The notes under the pieces: model-generated
Seen by the model: the letters and a program-made list of their open reading frames with translations, nothing else
The model's database searches: none
Told to the model about the DNA's origin: nothing
Part shown: piece by piece, positions 53,884 to 64,000 of the stretch
Layout of the letters: each line of letters opens with the position of its first letter
Position numbering within the stretch: position 1 is the first letter of the stretch
Made by a program: the position numbers and the translations under genes
Assembly: GCF_024521635.1 (NCBI RefSeq)
Contig: NW_026250413.1
Span: 186,001-250,000, forward strand
DNA: 64,000 bases
Reading direction: 5' to 3'
DNA from: Tricharina praecox
Lineage: Eukaryota

Positions 53884-54608
53884 TTAGTGCTTCAGCTTTT
53901 CAGCGGCAGCCGCCCGGCGAGCCGCATCTCTCTTCTCCTCGGCTTCGACCATATCTGCTTCTGTTAGTACTCGAAGAATTAGATGGTGGCGGGACGAAAC
54001 AAACCTTTCCACAAGTCTTCTCCAACATATGTCTCATGGTGTATCCGCTTCTTGGGATCTGCGGAGTTCGCGTTCTGTTTTGCGGCGCGAGCATCGCTAA
54101 CCTCGAAAGCGGCGGTGGCAACCAGAATCAACAGCGTCAAGCCCTGGGCGTACATACGAGCCTGTACGAGCTTCTGGGAAGTCGTGAGATATTTATCCCT
54201 CGAGACCATAGCGAGCGAACCAGCCATCGACGCCGCCCACGACGCAGTAACGATTGAGTAGCGGTACTCCTTTCCGAGGCTCATGGCCCTCTCCCATTTT
54301 GTCTGGTTGGCGCGCTCCTCGGCGAGCTGTCGGGCGCGGGACTCGAGCAGGTATCGGTCGCTGGCGGTACGGGCCTCCTCGAAGTGGCGGGAATACCGGT
54401 CCGCCTCGATAATGGCACCGAAGGTCGCGGTGGACGAAACGAAGAACGCTCGCAGGGGGATCGTAAGGCTTCGGTAGAAGGCCATGCGGCGATACATTAG
54501 CGCGTTTGCTCCCAGTCCCAGCGCGAGTCCCGCGAAACCACCGTAGGCTCCGCCGCGGAGGACAGCGCCGTAGTGGGCATCTTCTTCTTCTTTGCTGAGA
54601 ACCTTCAT
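53884..54608 (-). CDS. RCF2: Respiratory supercomplex factor 2 (HIG1 domain)
   Basis: MKVLSKEEEDAHY..; YRYSIVTASWAASM; QKLVQARMYAQGLTL; an intron then DMVEAEEKRDAARRAAAAEKLKH*. Confidence 0.93.
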
Positions 54609-57112
54609 TGTTGCGGTTGTGTGGTGTTGTGCGTTTTTGTCGGTGTGTCTGTGTGTAGCTGTGTCGGCGGACGAAGGGAACTTGGCGGCAAGTTGGTAGT
54701 GGATATTCTATCGCCTGTGGCGGGGGGGAGGGCGGGGGAGCGGCGGATACTTAATGGTTGTGGTTGGCGACTGTCGTCGGGATGACGAAGGAGCGTAGCG
54801 TCGTGGATGGGTGGAACAGCAACAGGAACAGCTCGAGAAACAGGCGAAGGCGACGGCGTGAAGCTTGTCTGTGGTGATCACTTCGATAAGCAAGAGGAAA
54901 GCAAGCTGTATTCGAAGTAAAATGTTCTTCTACGCCGTAGCAGTAATCCCTATATAAACGAAATTCGTCTCAGCTCCCGTGAGCACCCCTCCTTCACTTT
55001 CCGGGGAGTCTTCGGATGGCAGCATGAGTGTCAGACCACCGCCTGCAGTAGTGATTCGGGCCGATTAGGGACGTTGGGTGCGAGCAACGTGGATGACACT
55101 CTAACTCTCCAACGCCCATGTCCGCGGAGAGCTCTTCGGTTACGAAGCGGTCTGGTCTCGCCGGGAATCTCCTGATTTTCCAGAAGTCTCTACGCAAGGA
55201 GAACAGCGAGTGCGTTTCAGCCTGCCGTTGGGATTTTTTTTCTTCTTTAGTCCATGTGTGGCGGCTGGTGACGGATATTAGCGCTGCGGGCAGACTGTCG
55301 GATCGGATGATGTCAATGTCGCCACAGTTCAGCCACAGCACAAATCACTGAGTGCTTACATATACGTACCCTACCTCGGAGCTGATTACTAACGGTAACC
55401 GTCCGTTGCAATCCATCTGTCGCTCCATCCGCTCCATCTGCTCCATCTGCTCTACGACCACCTTCGGCACCGAATGCAAAGACGAAGACATTGAATCCTA
55501 ACCTGCGATCTGCTAGTAGCCCTCGTCACCGCCAACCAACCTTTCGGAATGGTTGCCAGCAGTTACTGGAGAGGTCAGGATCCTTGTAATTTCACATCCT
55601 AAGCTATTCGTCAGCAAAGCAAAAGGAAGCTCGATGTAGCAGATTCCTGCGCCGTCACCGTCCTCTCCGTTACTGTTTCCTCGCCGAGGGAGGTCGAATT
55701 CGAAGGAAAACTGGACGAGCCTTCGAAATCTACACCAACAAGTAAAGTATCCCCATACCTAGGTACCAGTCGAATCCAGGAATCGAGTCCAACGCCTATA
55801 CCAGCCCTTGGACCTTCTGTGAGACGGATGGGAGATCCGTATGTGTTGGTGGAAAGCTTGAACAAGTGCACCGGGGGCCAGGAACGAGAATAAAGAGGAA
55901 TCGACGGAGAGGACAGGACCGGTACGTGGAGGATTGTGGTCTGTCATCGGTGAAATGCGGGAGTATCAAGCCTTCAAAGTCACAGATACATACGCGAATC
56001 GGAAAGATAATCTGGGAAGTGGGCGGTATGCCGGCCTACCGATCGGTCATCTGGTCTCATCCATCGCAGCTCCCTTAAATAGGGACTATGTTGGGCCAGT
56101 GAGGCGACACGAAAGAAAGTAATCCTATACACATACCAGTCGCCGCAATACGGCCCCCATCCCCGTGAGCGCGTGACCGCCACGCGCGTCATGCAGGGCA
56201 ATGGGTCCTGCCCAGAAAGCGCTGTCTCCAGTCCATCTCGAAGCTTGAGTCATTGAAAGATCCTATATGAGGATTCATTCGGTAAATGGGATACCACGCA
56301 GTCCAGCACAAAAATCTCAGTCGATTGTAATTGCACTTCGAATGTATATATGATACCCGAATGACAGCTGATGAGCAGCTGTAAGCGTTGGGTTAAGACA
56401 AATAACCGACGTTACGTTAGCCTTCCTAGAGCAGTGGCAGTGTCTCAAACATGGAGACCGATGCGGAGATGCCCCACAATAAATGTGGAGTTTGGGGCAT
56501 CTGTGTTGCGTTGAAAGGTGGTTGAAAGGCAGCGACAAGGCAGCCAGGACATGCGAATGCTCCGAACAAGTAACTTACCCCTAAGCCAATGGGCAGGCCT
56601 CCCGGTCGATTGGGCAGACTACTTGCCCGCCCACCTAGGACATACCTGGTATATACCTAGATCCAGCCACAGTTGTACACAGTACGTCACTCGCCGCACC
56701 TTCAGCCACTACATGAACCAACTCCCTGCAGCCAGCCACGCGTCAGCACAGCCATGTCGGCCCACTCTGCCTACTACCCTAGCCAATGAACAAAGTGCCA
56801 CACGCCGCTTCACACCGCTGTCTGTATGCACGCAAATACGTGGTGTTTTGCTGTGCTTCTAAACTGTCTACATACACATGCCTTGCGAACGGAACGTCTT
56901 TGACTTGCTTTTCTTTCACCATGCTTGACAATCGAGCCGCGCATGCGCAGCGGTTTCCTTTTATGGAAACGCATGACCTTTGGTGGCGATAATTGTTCCG
57001 ACAAGGGGCTATGGGGTGGGCGTTGTCTACAGTGCTGGTAGATACTTATGTACATACAAAAAGTCTCCGTCCACAGCCATAGCTTTTCCATGGAGGCTTC
57101 AATAGAATCTGC

Positions 57113-57778
57113 GTGACCAACGACCTCCATATCGCTGTTCTACCTAGTCCACCCTCACCCAACTCATGCCTAAACTCAGAATGCATCGCGCATGGAATAT
57201 CTATGCAGTTATCTCGGTATTTGAAAATGTCGACGCTAATTTCGGTCGCCGAGATACCTACCACGCCGCGAGTATGGACCTTTCTCAGCTGGAAGTAGCT
57301 GGTGGAGCCTGAAGCCCCAAAACAGGAAACATATATCGATGCGGAGGAATTGCTCGATCGATTCTATACTGATGGTGTTAAACCGGAAGAAGCCAAGAGG
57401 CCGAAACCCGTCGAATACCACGGGGAGGAGAAAGAGAAATTATTCCAGGCGTAGGCCCGCTCGTGTCTGGTGGATTTCTTTGGTTCGCAGCGTAGGTACG
57501 TATGGGATGATCTTCTCCGGGAGGTCCTCCCACCTCAGGCTCCACATCCTCGGCTCAACACCGAGCCTCGAGCTGTGTGTTTGGCTTTCGAAGGCATTGG
57601 CTTGCGAGGAAGCAGTCAGAGAGCTTGGAGTGAAATACTATGTATGACCTGGTATGGATTTCGTGTTTATTGGTTCTCCATTCACATACCAACTACCTAT
57701 TGGCAGGACGATTGCGTTCTTGTGGATCACCATCTGGACATTCCTATGCAACACGAGTGGGTAAGAACTGGGTTCTGA
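57113..57778 (+). pseudogene. Possible decayed gene; one frame interrupted by two TAG stops
   Basis: The same frame runs 57113-57778 with TAG at 57296 and 57452; protein-like composition; family unknown. Confidence 0.3.
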
Positions 57779-58581
57779 ATCGTATTATATAACTTCATTC
57801 AGCGAAACATCACAAGACCCAGCTACCTATCTTGGGATACCACTTTTCTCACGTCAAACGCTCCCATGAGTGTTGTGCCGGATGAACCTGTCGAACGTTC
57901 CGGGAGTATCCCGGTGGGTTATGGGGGGCCTCTCGATCTTGAACCTGGAGTTGGAGTGTCGCGAGCAGGCGTGTGTAGCGAGCAGGTTCTACGACAGGCC
58001 TTCTCATAACCAGAGCGGATGTTTGTATAGCGAGGGGGTCTTGTCTCGCGAGCGGGCCCTGCAGTGATAGATCTTCACAATACCAGAGCGGGCGTTGTAT
58101 CCTCTCTGTCTCTTATTTTCAAGAAGTTGAGAGAAGCGACGAAGGTCTCATAGCCTGTTGTGAGTCTGTCGAGGCGAACGAGGATTTTTATTGTAATAAG
58201 TCTTACCTCCTGACAGAGGCATCGAGGCGAGTGGCTCGCAGCGTCAAAGCAGGCGATACCGCAGCGTGGGATGGAAGAATCATCCAGACGCTTCGTCCTT
58301 ATTAGTGTCCATCGCGGGGGCACCCACCACTTTGTAAGGGTCAAATTCATGTATCTAGTACGGAAAAAACCCTGCGTGGTCTATTGGTATAGGCTGCGCA
58401 ATTGACGAGGGAGTCGAGGGAAAGCTCCCGGTTCAAGCCCGGGTGCAGACCCTGGGTGTAGCTCTGGGGTTTACAAACCCCCCGACGGTGGGGTAATGGC
58501 ATTTTTGTTTTTGGCATCACAGATGGAGCACTATATATCACTCAACAGTGGCGATCATGTGACACCACCTGCGCTGTCGGC

Positions 58582-58960
58582 TTTTTTTTGTTTAATCATC
58601 CATTGAATTGGACCTTAGTAGATCATGGCAGATTACATATCCGTTTCCACCCGGCTGTCACGGACCGCTGGCCGCGAGCAACTCAGCAGAACCCTTAGTC
58701 AAAAGATATCACTCGCCACATCCCCGAAAAGCCACGTAAAATGGCGTCTCCTTTCGAGCCTCGCAAGGCGGGACCTTGGCTCGGGATATCTGCAAGGGAG
58801 TGAGAGGAGTACAGCTGCAAAGCTACGGAATACCTGTGCGAAGAGTAAGAATCTTGAGGTCGGCGTAACCGAAGCGACCAAGACTTGATCCCAGATACCC
58901 CGATGGTGGAGAGGAAGTTGCTGTCACGTGGTGAGGACCGCATGGAAGATAACTCCGCAT
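58582..58960 (-). mobile_element. Probable 3' end of a decayed non-LTR (LINE-like) retroelement with poly(A) tail
   Basis: Minus strand ends GATGATTAAACAAAAAAAA; second copy at 16288-16385; upstream frames loosely resemble a LINE ORF2 C-terminus (FLSTIG..QD..H, WLFG). Confidence 0.45.
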
Positions 58961-59590
58961 TACAACAGAAACGAAACGAAACGAAATACCCGCTTGCAGT
59001 CTCTCTCGCTGTCTTGATTTGGTTGCCGCTGTGCTGGCTGGTGGTTGCGTTCATACTTTAGTTAACGAAGCGATCCAGCAGTCCACTCACACACCCAACT
59101 ACCGCCCCTACCGCCCCTGCCGCCGTGCCGGAGTTCAAGATTTTGGTAAACCCTTTTGTGTCGGCCGTAATACATAATCGGGTTGATCGCTCGCCGAATC
59201 CAAACTCTATGTAGGTCATACTCCCAATCAGCCAACGGTCCTAGCGGCGCCGACCGTCGGAGTTCCCCTGCTTATGTAGAGTACGGTACTCTACGCTGCG
59301 TCACCCAGCTGCGGAGCTCCACGCAAGCCAAGGCGCCGACGGTGATAGGCAAAAGCCGCCCAATGTTACTGTGTTGTGGCTACGATATAAGCACGGTTCC
59401 GAAATCACGGAATGGATCGAACCTGCCAAACCACCCCGGATGAATATCTTCACTTCGACCAAATTCCTTCTCAGCGTGCCAATCATTGCGTATGGCCGGC
59501 CTTCGTTTTCTCTCCACATATACACGTTACTGATATGGAGAGAATAATAATAGTATTTCCGCCGCTTTCTACACCCAGCACACTCAAGAT

Positions 59591-60594
59591 ATGTCGAAAA
59601 TGGCTGCCATCAGGAGTGCAAATGCCGCCTTCACCGCGAGGGGTGTCAAGAATCCCGTCGCCGTATTCGGTTCGTCCCCGGAATCCTGACCCGTCCATAT
59701 CTTCCGTTAACAATTTCTCCAGTCGGCGGCACCAGCGGCATCGGCATGGCCACAATGAAAGCCTACACCGCCGCCACCGTCTCCCCGACAATCTACTTCA
59801 TCGGGCGCAACGCCGCAGCGGGCAGCTCCCTCACCGCCAGCCTCCAGCAGCTAAACCCCAGCGCAAAGATCACCTTCCTGCAGTCAGACCTAACGCTGCT
59901 AAGCAACGCGCACACCGTCGCAGCCACCATCCGCTCCCGCGAATCCAGCGTGAACCTCCTCGTGCTCTCACCCGGGTACATGTCGATGTCGGGGCCCATG
60001 CTCACAGCAGAGGGGCTGGAGAAGAAGATGGTGATCAACTACTACGCACGGCTGTTATTCGCCGCGACGCTGCTGCCTTCGCTGCACCCGGGCGCGCGCG
60101 TCATCTCCGTCTACTGCCCCAGCCACGAGGGGCCCATAGTCGCCTCCGACATGGGGCTGGTCGACCCGGCCAACTTCAGCATCTTCCAGACCGCCGCCCA
60201 GGCCTCGGCGTTCACTACCGCCGCGTTCGAGCACCTCGCTGAGCTCCATCCCGAAGTCGCCTGGATCCATGCCGACCCCGGCGCGGTTATGACGGGGCTG
60301 CTCCGTGAGTTCCCTCTGTGGGCCAGGGTCGCGGCGAAGGTCGCTACGCCGTTTAGCACGTCCCATGAGGATTCGGGCCAGGGGTTCTTGAGGCTGGCGA
60401 CGGGGGAGGGCTTCGAGAAGGGCCTCAAGCTGGTGGATTGGACGGGCGCGGATAGGGATTCGAGGAGGCAAAAGACGGGGTTCAAGTGGCTGGGCGGTGG
60501 CGTTGGGTGGTGGAGTGAGGGGTTGGGGAAGCAGGTGTGGAGCCATACGTTGGAGGTTTATGAAAAGGTGCTCGGGAAGAAGGTCGGGAATTGA
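59591..60594 (+). CDS. Short-chain dehydrogenase/reductase (2 exons)
   Basis: Spliced VAVF|VGGTSGIG (Rossmann motif), FLQSDLTLL, INYYAR, IHADPGAVMT; intron GTTCGT..CAG ~59670-59722. Confidence 0.92.
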
Positions 60595-62796
60595 GTGCTG
60601 ATGGGGGTGTTTGGAGTTGGTAATTTTATGGCGTGCGTTTGATACCTGTATGTATTCGTAATAATGGATTAATTGGTACACAGCTGAGGTGTAGTTGTGT
60701 AGCTGGCGATGTTAGCATTGGCCACATATTCGTTAGATGAGCGAGTACACACCGTACTGACCGCACTCAACGGAGGAAAGAGAAGAGAGTGGGGACGTGC
60801 TGATCGATGAATGATAAGCATACTTCATAGCTGCTAAACCCCCATCTTGGCGAACCTAATCATCTTTCTCCCTGCATGATCGAAATCGATCAGCACAAGG
60901 ATTCATCAAGGCCGTTGGATTTTGGTACCATTCCACAAAACACAAGCCTTCCCCGCACTGGTATCCCGCGAGACCAAGGGCGTCCACTAGTTATGTAGAT
61001 AGTACATAGCCGAGCCGCGTCATAACTACACTTGAAGCTAGAAGACCTCGAATATCGGGTCCTCTCCATCTGGGCAGTGATGGGATGTGACGATTTGTAA
61101 CATTGCCATAGTAAAATAACTGCAAGGATTGGCTCAGGGTTTGTTGAAGTCTGAAAGTCCGGTACCGTCACTACCCATCACTCAGTAATACCGACGAGAA
61201 TGTGTTGGAATGTGTGAACAAGTAGTGTATTGTCATTGTAGAGTGAGAGGCTGAAGCCTCGAGAGAATACATAAGAGAGGGGTGGTAGGCAGTCAATGCT
61301 CCCGACGTCATGACCGCGCAAACGACTAAGCAACGAGTGAGATGTTACGACAGAATGTTCGTTCGCAACACTCTTCCACTTCTTCTTTCCACTTCTTCTT
61401 TCCACCCGTCGCCAGCGCAACTCGAAGAACTTCTAGCAAGAATGAGCGAGACCACCTCCCCTGGATTTCCGATGCTAAGTATACATATCCCCCCGTCTGA
61501 CATCCCCAACCTCTGTATCGCCGGCAAGGTGTATATGCATATATTGACAAGAAACCCGCAGGCCGCAGCTTCCGCCAGAACCGCCACACTCTCGCCGGCT
61601 GCAGATTCCGTAGCCTCAGCATGGGCTCTAGTCCCAAATCCTGACGACGGGAAGGAAGGAAATATGCTGCTGTGGCGACTCTGTCACTACATAGCGACGA
61701 AACTTACCGCGCCCCCCTTGGGCCCTTCCGGCAGGAAGTGGGAGTCGTCGATGGCCATCAAAATTTCTCCTGTCTGCCAGGAGCTTGCCGTGGCCGAAGG
61801 CCGAGTATGACTGCGCTCTTGAGTTAAGCTCCTGCTCTCACAAAAGATGCATCTCGACATGCTCAAGAAGGTAGAGAACACTAACACTAACACTAACACT
61901 AACGCTGCCACCACCACCACCACCACCATCGCCACCACCGCCACCACCGGCAGGCACAAAGACATGGTAATGGCAGAGATCCCGCTGTTCCTGCCGGAAC
62001 CCCCCGGACTACATAGTACGCAGTCACAACGGGTCCTTCACGAGGTCCGAGCCGACGTCGCCGTAGGTACATAGGTAGTCAGGTGGTAGATAGCGCCTAG
62101 GTAGCGTAGCTATAGTTTCCTATCAACAGTATCATTCCATCATTCACGCATCAATTGAGTGTTGTCCCAAGCGCAAACTATTCCTCAAGGATTCAGGTGT
62201 CTTGGTTCAGTGATACGTATGACCTCGAGTGATGGATGTGGGCAACCGGCAGTGTTGTAGCTAGTAAATATTCCACCTGCCAACAAGGCTGTCCCTCCTG
62301 TCCCTCCGGCCACCGAGCAAGGTAGAAACCGTTGCCAGTGCGCGGGGTCCATGAGAGAAAGCCAACACCGCCAAGGGTGTCTCGGCTCGGAGAGACGAAA
62401 AATTGGGAAACGGCATGTTCACCGCGAAACATCCTATCCGCTCCGGAATATCACCGACAGCATCAGGTATGCTACCGGAACCCACATCGAGCTCACGGCC
62501 AGCTGCTAGAGACAGTGGGGTGGAACCGGATGTTTGTACATCCATGATCTGATAAGGTAGAATGTCGGGACAGAGTGATCTCGTATGTATGTAGCCATTA
62601 CGGCAGCAGCCATTCGTCTTCCCCGTCTTCCCGCACCTACATATCTGAGCTGTTGCATCGGATGCATCGGAGGGGCTACCGGCAAAAGAGCCACCAGCAG
62701 AAGAATCACCAGCAAATAGAAAAAAAAGTTATGCGCCAAACCCGGATTGAACGGGTGACCTTCAGATTACCCCGGATATTGGATAGGACCGAATTA

Positions 62797-62827
<31 letters not shown>

Positions 62828-62991
62828 TAGCGCGCTTGATGTCCCACCTTCGCTCGCGTCGTACTCTGAAGCAACTTGCGAGTGATACCGCTCTGTCCCA
62901 GCAAAATCCACCATTTCATTGCTAGTATGATGCTATGTGTAGAGTAGGTATCTGATCGCGGTAACTACAAAAATCCAAAAACCCGCAATCT

Positions 62992-64000
62992 CTACATCGC
63001 ATCTCGGGGCATCCTGGCACCTTGCACCGCCAGCAAATCTGCCATGGAGTTTCCATCGTTGTGGCCAGTATGACCCTTCACCCACTCGAACCTAGTCGAG
63101 CTCCCGTACTGCGACTCCCTTTGACGGATCTTGTCGACAATGGCCTCGACCAGATCGCGATTCTCAACCGGGCGCCCCACACTCGTGATCCAATCATTCC
63201 TAATCCAGGCGTGATGCCACACCGTCACGCATTTGATCGAGTACTGCGAGTCGGTGTAGATGTGAACGTCGCGATGCCCGGGCGCAACATTGAGCGCGCG
63301 GAGGATCGCGGTCAGTTCGGCGCGCTGGTTCGTTTGGCGGGGGCCGGCGAGGGGCTCGGAAATGTTTCTGAAGGAGGCTGTTAGAGTTGAAGGAGTGGGT
63401 ATTCGCAAGTGGAGTTACCGATCATCCTGCTCACCGAACCACACTCCGATACCGGCCATGGACCCGGATTGCCCGTTGTTAAGAGCGCTGCCGTCGGTGT
63501 AGATTTTGAGGACCGCGCTACTCTTTGGCCGGGCGCGCTTCCTATCCACCACAGGCACGTCTTCCGGTGACGACGACGAGCTAAGATCTAGATCGTCGAG
63601 ATGAGGTCGCTTCTTGGACGCGGGGAGGCCATCGCGTCGGGCATCGAAGATGGTCGGTTTGGACGTCAGGATTGCAAGATCATCGTCTTCGTCATCGTCG
63701 TCGTCGTCATCATCGTCGTCATCGTCATCGTCCGGTTCTTCGTCCGGCGGCTGGTGAGGTGGTGAGGGTGGTGATGCTAGCTGTGCCCGCGATTGGGGCT
63801 CTAGTGGTTTGGCGACTGTGGGGCCGCAGTTCACGAACGCCTCTGCCTCCTCTCTCGTCGCAAATGCTCTGCGCCGTCCGTCAGTCTTCCGCCCTCATCC
63901 GGCAAAGACGAGCAAACATGGGAAACACCTACTTGACCTTCGGCTTCGTCACGCCCTTGACCTGCTTCTCCGCCGAGCTCCAATCGGTATAAACGCCCGG
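62992..64000 (-). CDS. RNH1: Ribonuclease H1 (5' part outside the window)
   Basis: Hybrid-binding domain GVYTDW..QVKG..AFATREEAEAFV; catalytic IYTDGS, TNQRAELTAI, IYTDSQY, EWVKGH, NSMADLLA; two introns visible. Confidence 0.94.

Noticed and set aside
62506..62925. Short ORFs as a transposase fragment
   Set aside because: No catalytic motif or terminal repeats could be identified.

Overview
Intron-rich genomic DNA of a filamentous ascomycete fungus (GT..AG introns with CTRAC branch sites; species cannot be determined from sequence alone). About 13 genes are supported: veA, a Ser-rich kelch-repeat protein, M1 aminopeptidase (APE2-like), APC15, a secreted His-rich double-fasciclin protein, a JmjC/KDM4 (Rph1-like) demethylase, a caprin/YAG7-like RGG protein, a Pro-rich orphan, a WD40 protein, eIF2D/Tma64, Rcf2, an SDR and a 5'-truncated RNase H1. 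Long, microsatellite-rich gene-free tracts precede veA and the kelch gene. The most notable unexplained structure is a family of elements sharing the terminal inverted repeat CAGTGTTC(T/G)ACATA, present three times: a ~1.3 kb derivative with a hAT dimerisation-domain remnant, a 293-bp MITE with a degenerate 8-bp TSD, and a 551-bp MITE carrying a perfect 16 x 17-bp internal array. Also seen: a decayed Copia gag, poly(A)-tailed LINE-like 3' fragments, a ~450-bp A-tract in a probable veA 5'-UTR intron, and a 12-nt microexon in the aminopeptidase GAMEN motif. No tRNA, rRNA or CRISPR was found. I found no clear-cut novel multi-gene system. All family assignments come from motif recognition by eye, not database searches.
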